The notes below the pieces were generated by a model. That model did no database searches. It was not told the DNA's origin and saw only the letters and a list, made by a program, of their open reading frames with translations. A program made the translations under genes and the position numbers. DNA of 63,640 nt, filler included, from Phoronis australis (lineage: Eukaryota; Animalia; Phoronida), in the NCBI GenBank assembly GCA_002633005.1. It is 10 parts of 10 records of this genome, joined end to end, with 100 filler letters (N's around TTAATTAATTAA, not from the genome) between each part and the next. Parts side by side here need not be neighbours in the genome. Positions count along the whole stretch, not along the records: positions 30,333 to 43,755 come from NMRA01000027.1; positions 43,856 to 46,966 come from NMRA01000598.1; positions 47,067 to 49,718 come from NMRA01003523.1; positions 49,819 to 59,601 come from NMRA01001790.1; 6 more parts are not named here. The stretch is one strand, 5' to 3'. Of this stretch, positions 36,391-50,099 are shown one piece after another (within the stretch, counting starts at the first letter, position 1; every line of letters starts with the position of its first letter).

Positions 36391-39159
36391 CACAGTTATC
36401 TAAATATATTAAGATGAACAGATATTGTTGCAGCTGCGACACACTCTGAACAGCGTTAATAGCTTGTAAAGTTGGATTTTAACTATTAGTTTTGAAAGCA
36501 TGCCATATGAAATGAATCGGAGATTTTCTTCATAACTGAATGCGTCACAATTTTTAACCAAACTAAATCAAAAAATGTTTCGTGCCTGTGAATACACAGA
36601 CAATTTTAAATTAAAACTGCAAACTAATTGTCAAAGCTTTGCAATTGAACAGCAGAGGCAAAACCCATGAAAGTTAGTGATGAGAAGTTACTGTTCGGTT
36701 GAAAAATGATTTTGATGTCAACGAACAACCCAAGAAAAAATTCCATGCCAAGAGACCACGTGACCGTACATAATCCGACGATGTCAATCCGCTGTGCTCC
36801 TGCAATACTCAGCTGTTTTGTCCATAAGGCCAATTGTATATTGTCTTCTGTTGTAAAACGTGGAAGAGGCAAAAGAAATTCAACCTCATTGTCACGATAA
36901 CATGATTGTCATAGGTGAGACATTGGGGAACGCTTAGCCATTATGCACCTACCTAGTACCGACGTTATCTCTTTGACAGAACAATGCATATGGATGGTCA
37001 CGTGGTATCCGGGCATGAAAAAACTCGGTCCTGCCCTATTAAATTTTTTGTCTAGGCGTGTTAAATTTTCGCTCCTGGCGTGATAGATTATACGTACTGA
37101 GTGAAAAATTTTCGATCCTGACTACTACGTGATAAATTTTGACCTTGAGTTTTTTTTTGTCTTGCAGAGTGAAAACAATGTTTTGATCCGTTTTTAAATT
37201 TCGCAGAAAATATGTGTAATTTTTTCCGTTTTGGCTTTCCATAGGATAGACTACCCATATAATTTCACCAAACCGAACTAGTTCATTAACCTCCGTCAGC
37301 AAAAGTTACATAATCATAGACGTAGTCTTACCTCGTTCGAACTGCTCCATCCTGCAGCACAGGTACAGTGTAGGCCTGACAGGCGGCGTAGGCGGCGCTC
37401 GTGACCAGGCTACCCCTGAGGCCAACTCTCGTCCATCCTTCAAGTTTACAACAATTTCCCAGTGGCCGAGCTCATCAACAGCCTGTGCTATTGCGCCCTC
37501 TTTGAAATTTGCAATAATATAAGTTGCACACCCGTTCATTGAGTGCTTCAGTGGGCGGAGGCCCTTTACCAACTCAAGCAGAGTTTCTGCTGACAACCGT
37601 AAAAGAAAGTCCAGTGGGAATTTGGACTATCTCAGAAAAAATGATCTGCACATGGCTTAAAAATAGAGTTTACAGACCTTGTTGCACAGCCCAAGGCGAC
37701 AGCGGTACCTTACCCCAGCCAAGGTGCTACTCAGTTTCTGGTGGCAACCGTAAAAGAAAATCTATCGGGAATTTGAACTCTCTGCGAAAAAAATGATCTG
37801 TACATATGACATGAGAACAGCGATAATCGAGTTAACTGAGATTTAAAAAGGGTTAAATGAGTGTTGCTCCTGTAATTATTTCCATCAGATTAGGTTTATT
37901 GCATTGGAAACAAAGTGTAAATGCGCTGTCTGCAGGTGACTGATCTGGATATAAACGCAACTTATAAGTCATGGTGGGGAGTATTTTGTGTGAGTAGTGC
38001 TGTTGTTTCAATCAACTGATGAATATGATCAGAGGGTTATTTCCAGTTAGGTCTATGGTCCATCGACAATGAATTCAGCAGATTATGCAAAGTCTTGAAT
38101 AATGAAACATCAATCAATTGCTTAGCAATTATGAAATGTTCTCATTATTGTAGCCCCTCCACGGGTAGATCACAAATTTTGCAGTCGACTTACCTAAACA
38201 ACTGGTTGTATTTACGCTGTCGGGATCCTGAATTGACCTAGCAGTGTCAACCTCTTTTCCCTAAGAAAACAAGTCGTTCATTCGTCAACTCTTATCACCT
38301 TCTGATTACAGACATAACACGGAACGATCACCTGAAAGGCTACTCTATGTTATCTCCCGGGAGTTAAGCAAACAGCCAGGAATCTTGTGCTCAGGCTCAG
38401 AGTACTAGTAAACTTGATACACGAATCTATCTCGACCGATGAATTTCTCCTCAATATACCGACGTGATCTGTTTTATGGGCAGACGATACCACTAACCCG
38501 GTCAAGCCTTTTCCCACGCAGTGGAACCGAAACTAGCGAAGCATTGACGCAAACTGGGTACGTTCCTGTGTAGCTTCGGTAGTTAAACAGACAACGGAGT
38601 TATCGGTAGGTGACGCTATCTTTATCGAAGTTATGATGGCAAAGAAGGTAGACACTAGGTGGCGTAATTTACACAATCTTTTTTATTACACCAGCCGACT
38701 GGTGTCCAAAACTTCATTGGACAAGGAAGTTGAGCGTCAGCGCTTCGCTGTTTAGTCCACCTGCTTTCTGCTTAACTAAACGTGACCTGTTAACACGACC
38801 TAAAACACTTCGTGGGTCCGTCAGATCCCCGGCCGTGTTTCACGACTTACTTAGGCTGCTCAATAATCAAACTTTCTATAACATTGACCGGGAACTGCTG
38901 GCACGGTTACGTTCGTAATCGGTTGATTGAGCTGTTGCCTGTGCATATTGTTTTGTAAATTATTAAAACTGAGAGTTTAATGACACTATCGATAACTTTT
39001 TGAACTCTACTTCTTAAAAATTCGTGTTCAAGCTACTTATTAAAACCACTAGATCACCTTCTATTTTATTCGTCGGCGTTATGCGATGAGGAGTCAACTC
39101 CGTCAGTCTCTGGCAGTATCCTGAGTGACCATGGACCCGATATTCTATCTGATTTAAAA

Positions 39160-41945
39160 TACACCAAAGGTCTCCGTATTGGGCACCTAAATAACTGGCC
39201 AAATTGATGAACTGCGTTTTATTATCATGACGAGTCAAAAACCCATCGATATTCTTTGCTTGAATGAAACACTGTTCTCTTCTGTCATCGATGATTCTGA
39301 AATCGCCATTGACGGCTTTGAATTGAATAGGAACGACCGTAACAGGAAAGGTGGCGGTGTTGCCATCTACTACGCGAAAGAAGGATCAACTGACTAGCCG
39401 TCAGCTCCAGCACCATGACGACCATGTGGAATCGCTCTGGGTTGAGATTGGCATCCCTAAATCGAAGAACGTAATTATTGGATCAGTCTACACACCACCC
39501 TCTACGAACGCAGAGTACACAGAAAAATTGACTGAACATTTAAAAAAGTATTGTTCATAATCAGGCTCACACTAGCAAAGATTTTATTGTTACTGATGAT
39601 TTTAATTATGATGCATTGTGTAAGAAGACAGTGAGTAAAATTAGGGCATGGGAACGAGAGTTGGGTATGCAGAATATTATTAACGTGCCCACAAGGGATA
39701 CCGACAAAACTTCCACATGCCTTGATCTTATTCTTGACAAAGTTTTTAAGTTTGATAGAATACCCATTGGGATAAGTGATCATAATCTTGTATTCATAGC
39801 GTATAAGACTTGTCGCCCTAGATTTCCGCCACGTATCATTACCAAGCGGTCATATCGCACCTTCGATAAAGGAAGACTTTCTCAGAGAACTACTGGCGAT
39901 TGATTGGGGCGCCGTTACCACCGCTGTTGACCTCGATGCCGCTTGGACGATTTTCAAGCAAAGTTTCATTGGAGTAATTAATAATCATGTCCCCGTAATC
40001 CAACTGAAATTAAAGGGCAAATCACCGGAGTGGTATAATGATAATCTCATAGCTCTCTCTCACAAGAAAGACTACCTGAAGCGAACAGCTCAGCGTACTC
40101 GAAATTCATCTGACTGGGGTATCTATAAGAAAGCTAGAAATAAGGTAAACAATGCTCTTAAACGGCCCAAGGCTGAGTATTACCACCAAATTATCATTGA
40201 AAACAAATCTAACGGAAAAACTCTGGAAAATCATAAAATTAATTTTACCTAACAAGTCCGAGTCTGTCGCAAGTGAATTTCTAATTGGTTACGATGTTGT
40301 TTCGGAAAAAGTAAAATAGCAAATGCATTTAATGACTTTTTTACTGGCATTGGCCAAAAACTTGCTGAAAAATTCAGTCAACTATTGAGCTCCCGCCCGA
40401 GATCGGGAGAGAATATCATTTAAGTTTCAAGACATTCAAGTCGACTACGTCCGAAAACAAATAACAACTCTGAACTCTAGTAGTGCCAGTGGCATCGATA
40501 GCATTACCAAACTATTAAAACTGGCTTCTCAGCAAATAGCTGAGCCCCTTACGAGTATCATGAATTTAAGTTTAAAAACGGCCATGATTCCTAGAGAATG
40601 GAAGATGGCGGTTGTTACTCATGTTTTTAAAGATGGTGAAAAGTCTACAGTGTAGTTGCGAGAATTACAGGCCAATATCGGTCCTCCCTGCAGTGTCCAA
40701 AATTCTTGAAAGGTGTGTCCAAAAGCAGCTTCACCAATTCCTGAAGCAAAATTCCTTTCTCTCGGCAGCACAGTCTGGATTCCGCCCCTCGCATTCCCTT
40801 TGACTACAAATATTCATGCAACTGAGTTTATCTTTAACAATATGGATCAGGGGAGGCTTAGTGGTGCTGTCTTTGTTGACCTTAAGAAAGCCTTTGGACA
40901 CTGTGTACCATGGTATCCTATTACAGAAACTAGAGTCTTATGGAGTTAATGATAACGAACTCCTTTGGTTTAAAAACTACTTATACGAACAACCGTAAAC
41001 AGGCCACCAAATACGGTGGAGTTCTTTCTGACTACTCAGTCAACAGTTATCACGGGCGTACCTCAGGGTTCCATTCTGGGCCCTCTATTATTCACTATGT
41101 TTGTCAACGACCTCCCTACTGTCCTCCACAACATTGTTCTAGTTTTATATGATGATAACACTGCAATTATGTCCACGGCTGGATCAATAAAAGGCCTCGA
41201 AAATTCTCTCAACAATAAGCTAGCCCTTATCTATGAGTGGCTGATTCAAAATAAACTCACTCTTAACGTTAGTAAAACCAAGTTGATACTTTTGGGAACC
41301 CACCAGAAATTAAAACAACGAAAACTGTCTCTTTCTATCAATGGTTCTCCCATCGAGAATGTTAACAAATTTAAGTACTTGGGCCTTATTTTAAATCCCA
41401 ATCTTAAATTCAATATGCACATAGATCACCGTGATCACAAAGAAATTGTCAAAGAAAATCGGTGTACTTAAACGTCTAGGCAAATTGCTTAATGTCAGTA
41501 CTCTTAAGGCACTTTACCATTCTATTATTCAGCCTCATATTGATTATTGTNAACGAAAACTGTCTCTTTCTATCAATGGTTCTCCCATCGAGAATGTTAA
41601 CAAATTTAAGTACTTGGGCCTTATTTTAGATCCCAATCTTAAATTTAATATGCACATAGATCACAGTGATCACAAAGAAATTATCAAAGAAAATCGGTGT
41701 ACTTAAACGTCTAGGCAAATTGCTTAAAGTCAGTACTCTTAAGGCACTTTAACATTCTATTATTCAGCCTCATATTGATTATTGTTTATCGATTTGGGGG
41801 CATACCAGTGACACACTTGTCAGCAAAGTCCAAGCAATCCAAAATAGAGCCGCCAGGGCTATCCTGGATACTAGAATTAGAGACAGCAAGGTCGATGACT
41901 TGCATTCCAAGCTGGGATTTATGAAAGTAAAACAAGGACGGGAGG
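39160..41945 (+). mobile_element. L2/CR1-group LINE ORF2 (APE endonuclease + reverse transcriptase), degraded
   Basis: KGLRIGHLN, IDILCLNET, DGFELNRNDRNRKGGGVAIY, ESLWVEI, ISDHNLV; NYRPISVLPAVSKILE, VFVDLKKAF, GVPQGSILGPLLF..VNDLP, LYDDNT (degenerate YADD), KYLGLIL. Many frameshifts. Confidence 0.93.
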
Positions 41946-43221
41946 TGTCAGCCTCCTGGTATAAAATAACACCTTTCCAGTCATTATAATGCCGGCAAAT
42001 GTCCACTGCACTGGAGTGGATTCTACTTATGTCTTACGAAATATGCAAACCTTTTAAAATACCGATGGATGAATAAGGACATCCTGTTTCATACATTCAT
42101 CACTGCGCAACAAAGCCAGTGTCTGTGGATGATAAAGCAGGAGAATTTCGATCCCAGTCGGTGTCAAAAGGCTAAAATAAATCAGTGAACTTAAACTAAT
42201 CAAATGATGGAAGGGCTGAAAGTAGAATTTGTTCCTCTGCTTTTAAATTTATTGCGGAACTTTGGAGCACGCGCACATATGCGAAACGTGTGAATAGGAA
42301 GCAAGTGCTATTTTGTCGATAATCACGGCTATAGGTTTTCTTAAAAAACTGTGAGTTTTAAAACTAAGTGAATATTTTTAGTATGTACACCGTACCATTA
42401 CTTTAACCTTTTTAATTCACCCAGTGTCATTGACGCCACACTCTGTGTGAAATAAAATGGTTCGTATCGTATTTTTAAAAAGTATCAAGGTGCGCTTATA
42501 ATTAGAGCCCTCAGAGCATGCGCCTAATTGCGCAACATTTGAGTGGGAAAATCTGGCCGGAAAACCGCGTTGTTCCGTATATAGGCGCATGCGCTTTTTG
42601 AGGGGTTAGACGCGGTAACGGAATTGGCCGCCATGAAAGGTGTTCATTTTATGTCTAGCAAAAGGCGTAACGTGATCCATTCTCGTTATATCTTACACTC
42701 TTGGGTGGTAACATGTGACCCTTTTTGTATCAAAAGGTACCTTTCGGTTATACCCTCCAAGGTGTGTGTGTTAATGATGGGTGGCTGCATATAGTTGTAG
42801 TCAAGGCTAAGAACAGCAAGACCGTTTATCTCATCCAACTGCAACCCCAAAACTGAGGTTTTGACCATAGAAGCCGCGGGAGTACAGGTTTTACTTGATC
42901 AGATACAAACATACAATACGAAACAAAGAGTACGATATGAAAGAACCGGTGATTCCTTTGTGTGACTGTAAGCTCTGTCCCGTTACTACCTCCACATTGG
43001 GTATCAACACAAACAACTTGACTGTCAAGTTTAATAGAACGTGATGAAATCGTGATATTGGGAATTTCTTGCTTTTAACAGTCCAGGAAAATGGTACATA
43101 TTGTACAAACAAAAATATAATAATGACTGCTATCATATGTGTCCATATTTTTTCATTTAAATGGCATACTTGATACAACCTGATTTGGTTACCTATCATG
43201 GTATAAACCGCTAGCGGTTTT

Positions 43222-43379
43222 GATAAATTGAAGACGTTACTGTAACCGAGTTTTCGGACTTTGCGTACGTCATTGTTCGCATGTACACGTTCATAGGACT
43301 GGGCGCTTATTTCAGCGAAGTCTGATAACGCGTGGGGGCGCTTATGGGGCATGGGCTGTTATTACGGCGAATACGGTAG
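43222..43379. mobile_element. End fragment of the pogo-type MITE family
   Basis: Ends GGGCTGTTATTACGGCGAATACGG|TA. Homologous to 30465-30603. Confidence 0.65.
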
Positions 43380-44630
43380 TACCGCCTCACGCACCCCGCT
43401 TGCACGGACTCGGCCAAAAGAAAAAATTAATGGAGAATTTCGAGACTACGCCATGGAAATACGCTCTGTATTATGTCCATATGCCATGGGCCCGGGGAAA
43501 CTGAATAGCGTGCCTAGTGACCTTGGATGCGCAATCATGATTTTCACTGCACATCATATACCATGTTCAAACTTATAGCTAACTTTTAAAATAGTACCTG
43601 AGACACAGCTGATTTGCTTTTTGTTAAGTATATTGCAGGCTTCTTGCAGATATTGTCCAAAACGCTATTTTACGGAGTTTTTTAAGATTCTCCACTCTTG
43701 TGTGAGCATTTATGTGGAAATTTTCTCGCTTACACTGGTCACCGCTCAGATTCTCNNNNNNNNNNNNNNNNNNNNNNNNNNNNNNNNNNNNNNNNNNNNT
43801 TAATTAATTAANNNNNNNNNNNNNNNNNNNNNNNNNNNNNNNNNNNNNNNNNNNNTTGCATCATCGCTTGACTGCTGGTTTTGGCTGTGAAATGATTCAT
43901 TCATTAACTTGATAGGGCATGTGTCACCCTGTAGTCTTCTGTCATATAAACACATCAACAGGACTGTCTTCAGTTCAGCCTGATAACTCAAATAGCCTCT
44001 GAAGTCTTGGGTTGTTGAGAAATTTGTGGAGCATTTTTAGGGTTTGTCATTTTGTTTATACACAGTAATGTGCCGTTGCTTATGTAGAGATTCAATGTAA
44101 ACAGACAGCTTCATGTAATCTTAACGGCACTAACCTCGTTCTGGGATTGGAATGTGAGTCATGCATAAATTTTGAGAAAACTGGGAAAAGACAAAATTGG
44201 AAAAAGGAGCACACATGGGGATTTGCCTCCAGTTGTTGACCCTGATTTAATGTATAGCTCAGTACTACGCTCCACCAGTAAAGAAAAAAAAATCCCAAGA
44301 ACATTTTGAATGATCCATTGTACCCCCAAGTATAAAGAATTTCTGCTCTTACAAGCAAGATTGTGTCATATTAAAAAAATAAAGCAGTAAGTGATTTAAT
44401 TTAGCTATCTCAGTAAGCTGAAGTTGAAAAAAATCAAATAGCAGATAAAAGAATCAGTATAAGGTTTAAAACTGGTTTATACAGTAAAAATATATGGACA
44501 AAAGAATGCATTTTCACTGAACTTAGATATTCCAAATATCTAAGTTCAGTGAAAATGCAAACTCCTTACATATTTCTGTCATCTACTTCACCTAAATTAA
44601 ACCCGGGCGGCAATTAGCTCTTTATATTAG

Positions 44631-45270
44631 GTTTGAATCTGTTGACCCCGACGCATGTGCAAACAANGACCTGCAGGCAAGGGAACAGTGCAAAACTTGC
44701 AAGGTTGAATTAATTACATGTAAAACAAACGGTTCCATTTTTACTGGTCTTATACATGTATGGCCGTGTGCAACTCTATGTTATCACTGTGTATTTTGAC
44801 GCGTAAGGTTCCAATTAATATATAATATTCGCAGTAAATTAACGCGGTAGGAAAAATTAGCCATGGTCAATACTATAAACTAGTAAACAAAGTTTGAATC
44901 TGTTGACCCGGTCTGATGTGGAAATGTGCATGTGCAAACAGAATCATTTGACCCGCAGACAAGGGAACATTGAAAAACTTTTACAAATGAATTCCATTGA
45001 ATGTAAACAAATCAAACAAGTTTCGTGAGGAACTGTATGTTATCACCAAGTCCTTTGACGCACGAGGCTCCGATTTATATAAAATAGTAGCACTAGATTA
45101 ACACAGTAGGAAAATTAAGACATAGTAAATACTTAACAACAAGTAAACAAAGTTTGAGTCTGTTTACCCGGTCTAATGTGGAAATGTGCATGTGCAAACA
45201 GAATCATTTCACCCGCAGACAAGGGAACAGTGCAAAACTTGCGCAATGGAATTACATGTAAAGCAAATCT
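44631..45270. repeat. ~260-bp tandem repeat, ~2.5 copies
   Basis: GTTTGAATCTGTTGACCC recurs at 44631, 44892 and (diverged) 45152, with shared CATGTGCAAACA..GACAAGGGAACA blocks. Confidence 0.85.
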
Positions 45271-46519
45271 TTTATTTATCTCTCGACTTTTGCATCAACA
45301 TTTATCCAACCATGGAATGTTGGCATTAACATTGTACACGTACTGTAAAACTTAAATGGCATGGGAGAAAATATGCTATGCATATATTTTCCTTAGGTTC
45401 GCTCTGCTGAACCGGTTTTATTCTATGATTTGGACCCAATGTAAGACTTAATTCTAATTTCAAACACGGAATTGCTCACTAACTGTTACACATAAACCGT
45501 TTTCACTGGTTGCTCGTGCTTTCTAAGAAAAAATCTGCGAGTGCGGCAACTCGTTCTGTGCAACATTTTTTCACAGTACGTTACACCTATTAGTTTGCAT
45601 AACTTTAAGGTACATATATCCACAAATATTGGTAACGCATCTTTAAATACTGATTAACACTGAAAGCATCTCTGCCTGGGTTTTGTTAAATTGTTTAAAT
45701 TAACATTTCGCATAAGTTGACATTTCCACTTTAATTAACTATGTAACATAGTTTTTTAAATGCATCGGTCGTTGTTAGCATTGAAAACACGATTCTTTAT
45801 TCTTAATAATTTTTACGATCTTGATTTTATATTAGCGTCGCATGAGANTGCCTGTTAAATTGTTTAAATTAACATTTCGCATAAGTTGACATTTCCACTT
45901 TAATTAACTATGTAACATAGTTTTCTAAACGCATCGGCTGTTGTTAGCATTGAAAACACGATTCTTTATTCTTAATAATTTTTACGATCTTGATTTTATA
46001 TTAGCGTCGCATGAGAATTTAATATCAATAAAGTGTGTGCCATCTTCGAGTGGGATGCTTTCTATGTTGTTTTTTTCAGCATAATGGATGCGACTCAAGA
46101 AAACTGATTCGATACTACGCTGTACGAAGCTTGTACAGTAAATGTCATAGCGTACAGTGTGTTGATAAAACACCACCGCTAGAGAATCAAAAGCAGACGG
46201 AACAAAACACAAATAGTAGAGGAAAAGTGACTTAAAATGAATCCACTCTTTCTGTCTCAGCGTGATCCAAGGGTATTTTACATGGAATTGTATTGTGAAC
46301 GTTATTAAGAAAGCATCAGAAACATTGCTTGAATTAATAATGGCTATGTACGTTCATTGTAGCAAGATATTGTCGTGTCCTAGTATGGACAAATTTACGA
46401 TACCAATTGCATTGTGAAAATGGCGTTGCGTTGATTTTGGTACAGTAATTTGTAGTTTTAAATTTAAGTAACGGTATGTAGTATATTATTTCTGTGAGAA
46501 GAATAGTGGGATCCAAAAT

Positions 46520-46966
46520 CTGTACAGAAGTGCTTAAATGTAAGCCAGGCAATTTTATAACTTGTACAGATATGCTGAAATATAAGCGGGTTTTATGTGA
46601 CACTTGTGCTTAATTTTAGGTCAGAGTGGGAGGTGACGATTTCAGAACATGTACAGATATGCTTAAATTTAAGCGGAATTCCATCTTGCTTACAATGGTG
46701 CAAAATTTTAAGCCAGAGTAGGAGATAGCGATTTTGAAAGTTGTACAGCTATCTTTAAATTTAAGCGGGATTTATGTTACACTTGTGCTTAATTTTAAGC
46801 CAGATTAGGAAATGGCAGTTTTGAAACGTGTACAGCTATTCTTAAGTTTAAGCGGGATTTATGTTACACTTGCGCTTAATATTAAGCCAAACTAGGAGAT
46901 GTCGATTCCAGAACTTTTACAGCTATTCTTAAATTTAAGCAGGATTTGTTACTTACACTTGCAAAT
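46520..46966. repeat. ~87-bp tandem repeat, ~5 copies, running into the contig end
   Basis: TGTACAGMTATKCTTAAATTTAAGCGGG..TTACACTTG recurs at ~46563, 46650, 46742, 46829 and 46917. Confidence 0.85.
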
Positions 46967-47832
46967 NNNNNNNNNNNNNNNNNNNNNNNNNNNNNNNNNN
47001 NNNNNNNNNNTTAATTAATTAANNNNNNNNNNNNNNNNNNNNNNNNNNNNNNNNNNNNNNNNNNNNATCATAAGTGCTGTATATTACAAACTTAAGTAGT
47101 TTCATACACTTGCATAAAATTCCGGACTAGTCACAGTCTTGTGCCAACAATTGAATAGCAAGGCCGCTGGTAACTAGACTATATTAAGTGTGCTTTACTA
47201 GGTGTATCTTTGGTAAACAAACATAACAATGAACATGCAATATCAAAATAATTGAATAAATTTGCTATACCATTAGAAATCCTGACGACTGCACTTGCAA
47301 AAATATTCAAAATAAATTTAGACAGGGATACTAAGATACCGGGTCTCCCGCGACTTCCGTCATTCAGGAATCGTTCCTGAACTGTTGTACAGGAACTCAG
47401 GTCACGGAAATAAACGGGAGTAGTCAATGATTTTCTGATCTTGACCGAGTTACAAAATTTGCTCAAAAAGGCTTTTAGTTTGATAACAGAAAGGAGGTGA
47501 ACATTATGCCATGTTACATATTACTTAATTTGGTATATATTTTTAGTTTTTAAACTAGATTACCCTTTGAGATAAGGATTTTAAATGATATAATTTAACA
47601 ATATTTGAAAAATCAACACCCACCCCAATGTCACTGTTATCAATTAAAAAATAAAAATTGTCAGCATTTCAAAAATGCATTATGTCAAGTCCACTTCACC
47701 AGTCAGAAATATTAATCCATCAAAAATTAAATCAACGATACAATGCACTTTTTTACCTCCAAGAAAGAGGAGAGCTGACTTCTGAATATGACTTAATTGT
47801 ACAGTAATACAAAACAAATTTGAGTGACTTAC

Positions 47833-49234
47833 TATTCATCGCTCATTAAATTGACATCGGCATAGTATGGTTGCTCCAAGACCGCTTGCGTGGTGTACTT
47901 GATAGGGTCATAGCCCAAATACTCATCCTGAAATGGGCAAATCGTACTTCTAATAGAGAAATCCACCGATAGACAAGCATCCACAATGGAAAAAGCAGCT
48001 GTTCCAAAAAACAAAACTAAGTGATAAATTGTATTCAACCGGAATGTGAGGTTTTATAGGACTTATCTGAAGGTCCGAGTGGACGCATTAGTTAGTGCAC
48101 GCACTAGAACAACTGCAGTATGGATCTTCAGTGAAGTGATGATCTGGCTTATACACGTCATATATAAGCGCTTCTCATTTAAAAAGAGACTTTCCCACTT
48201 TGTCCCAAACTGAAATGTAATATTACAATATAGATAAGTATCAACATTTTTTGTCTTTAAATTTGGTTTGTAATCGATCATTACCCCTCTCGATTACAAA
48301 CCAAATTTAAAGACATAATGTTGATATTTATCTATATTGTAATATTCCATTTCAGTTTGGGACAAAGTGGGAAAGTCCCGTTTTAAATGGGAAGCGCTTA
48401 CATGTGGATGCTCTACTGAATCTTGAATTTATTAGAGAGGAGACGATCTGGCTTGTATGCCTAATACATGTGCATGCTCTACTGAATCTTTAACTGAGTT
48501 TCAGGTACTCATTTTATCTTCAAAATCTATGAACGTATTTCACGAAATAGGCCAGACTAAAGTTGGTCAGGTCAATTAACTACTAGCGGAGATGACACAT
48601 TTGAAATAAATTCTATGGCGCCCTTCTGTCGACGTAATGGGCAGGTCTTTTCATTGCATGCAGCTACTATTAGTTATAACCTCAGGACACTGTTGGACTC
48701 TACACTTACCTGCAGTACGGTTACCTAACATAATCACGCCACTTTAGTTTAATACATTCTTAAGCCTCTGTCGCACCACCACTTTGAATTACATTCTTAA
48801 GCCTCAGTCGCACTACCACTTTAATTTTTATTCTTAAGCTTCAGTCGCACCACCCGCTTTAATTTACGTTAAGCCTTAGTCGCACCACCACTGAGTTAGA
48901 CTCTCAACATTACGCAGCTTAACAAGTCACAAACATCTCCCACATTCACAAAGAAATGATTGCAGATGCAGCACTCTCAACAACGTAGTTACAGATTGAA
49001 GCAAATCTGATTTAGAGTCAGTCAGCTAGTTTTCTAATTCGTCAATTGAACTAATCAATGCAGAGTGAGTACTTACATCCCAGAGAACCTTGTCGTCGGG
49101 TACTTTGAATCTCGTGAATGCTGTGCCTGGGTAGGGTGAGATGCGAGCCTGATAGTGCAACAAACTCCTCTTTCTCATCAAATCCTCCAAGTGATCCTTC
49201 TCTCGTTTTAAACGTTCCTCTTTATCTTGTTGTT
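47833..49234 (-). CDS. TRPM2: TRPM2-like channel, two exons at the start of the NUDT9-homology domain (49234-49077 and 47927-47833)
   Basis: Charged helical segment, then LHYQARISPYPGTAFTRFKVPDDKVLWD|DEYLGYDPIKYTTQAVLEQPYYAD, matching the NUDT9/NUDT9-H N-terminus. Canonical ag/gtaagt sites with a phase-0 join. Stand-alone NUDT9 is not excluded. Confidence 0.75.
48167..48398. mobile_element. Fold-back MITE (~110-bp arms, 12-nt loop) with TA TSD
   Basis: TA|AGCGCTTCTCATTTAAAA...TTTGGTTTGTAATCGA-tcattacccctc-TCGATTACAAACCAAA...TTTTAAATGGGAAGCGCT|TA. Confidence 0.8.
48736..48892. repeat. ~37-bp minisatellite x4
   Basis: TCGCACCACCACTTTGAATTACATTCTTAAGCCTCAG-like units. Confidence 0.85.
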
Positions 49235-50099
49235 CTGTCGACACATTATTATCATTAGTCTAATATGTATAGTAAACAATAGGGGTTACACACTGAAATT
49301 CAAGAGCCAGCTGAATGCATGTATTAAACATGGTATAATGCTGACAGCAAAAGTATACATTTTCTTCCAACTGGTCATGGAAGACCCTAGAAAACGTTCA
49401 AATTTGGCTAAGTTCGGAACATCATATCTCATAATTATGAAACTCACGGGCGCTATGCTTAATGCAACGTTCTCCAAAACACTGTTGGTAATTTGCTTTA
49501 AAATATGCAGCTGCAGTATAAAAACTATGACTTATGATTTCATGAAAAAATGCAAAAAAAAAAACAAAAATGAAACAACAAAAAAGACTGGTAAACTGTT
49601 ACAGCCTTCTTTTTTGATATTTCATCTTGAAATGGAATCTGGTCATGCTGTCGATACCATTGTTTTACTGTCAATGTACCGTTCTTTTTTGCTAAATTTT
49701 TAAGACATGGTCACCCAANNNNNNNNNNNNNNNNNNNNNNNNNNNNNNNNNNNNNNNNNNNNTTAATTAATTAANNNNNNNNNNNNNNNNNNNNNNNNNN
49801 NNNNNNNNNNNNNNNNNNCTATTGTAGTCATATTACGCTGGGCTGGTTGGTGAAGTTTGGATTAATTCTGTAAAAAATGACATATGATGGGAAATAAGTG
49901 ATTTATGGATTTAACAATGATGCTGGCAATATATTACATTGTAGGCATTTGTCACCCGTTTCCTTTCTTGAAATATTTTGCTAAAAGTACACTGTTTGGT
50001 GTGCAATAATTTGATACCAGCCCTGCTGGGAGAGATGAAAATGATTCGTTTTTGGTGAGTTCTTTTGTGTGCAGCTGTACAATTTTTTCCTGTGTACAG

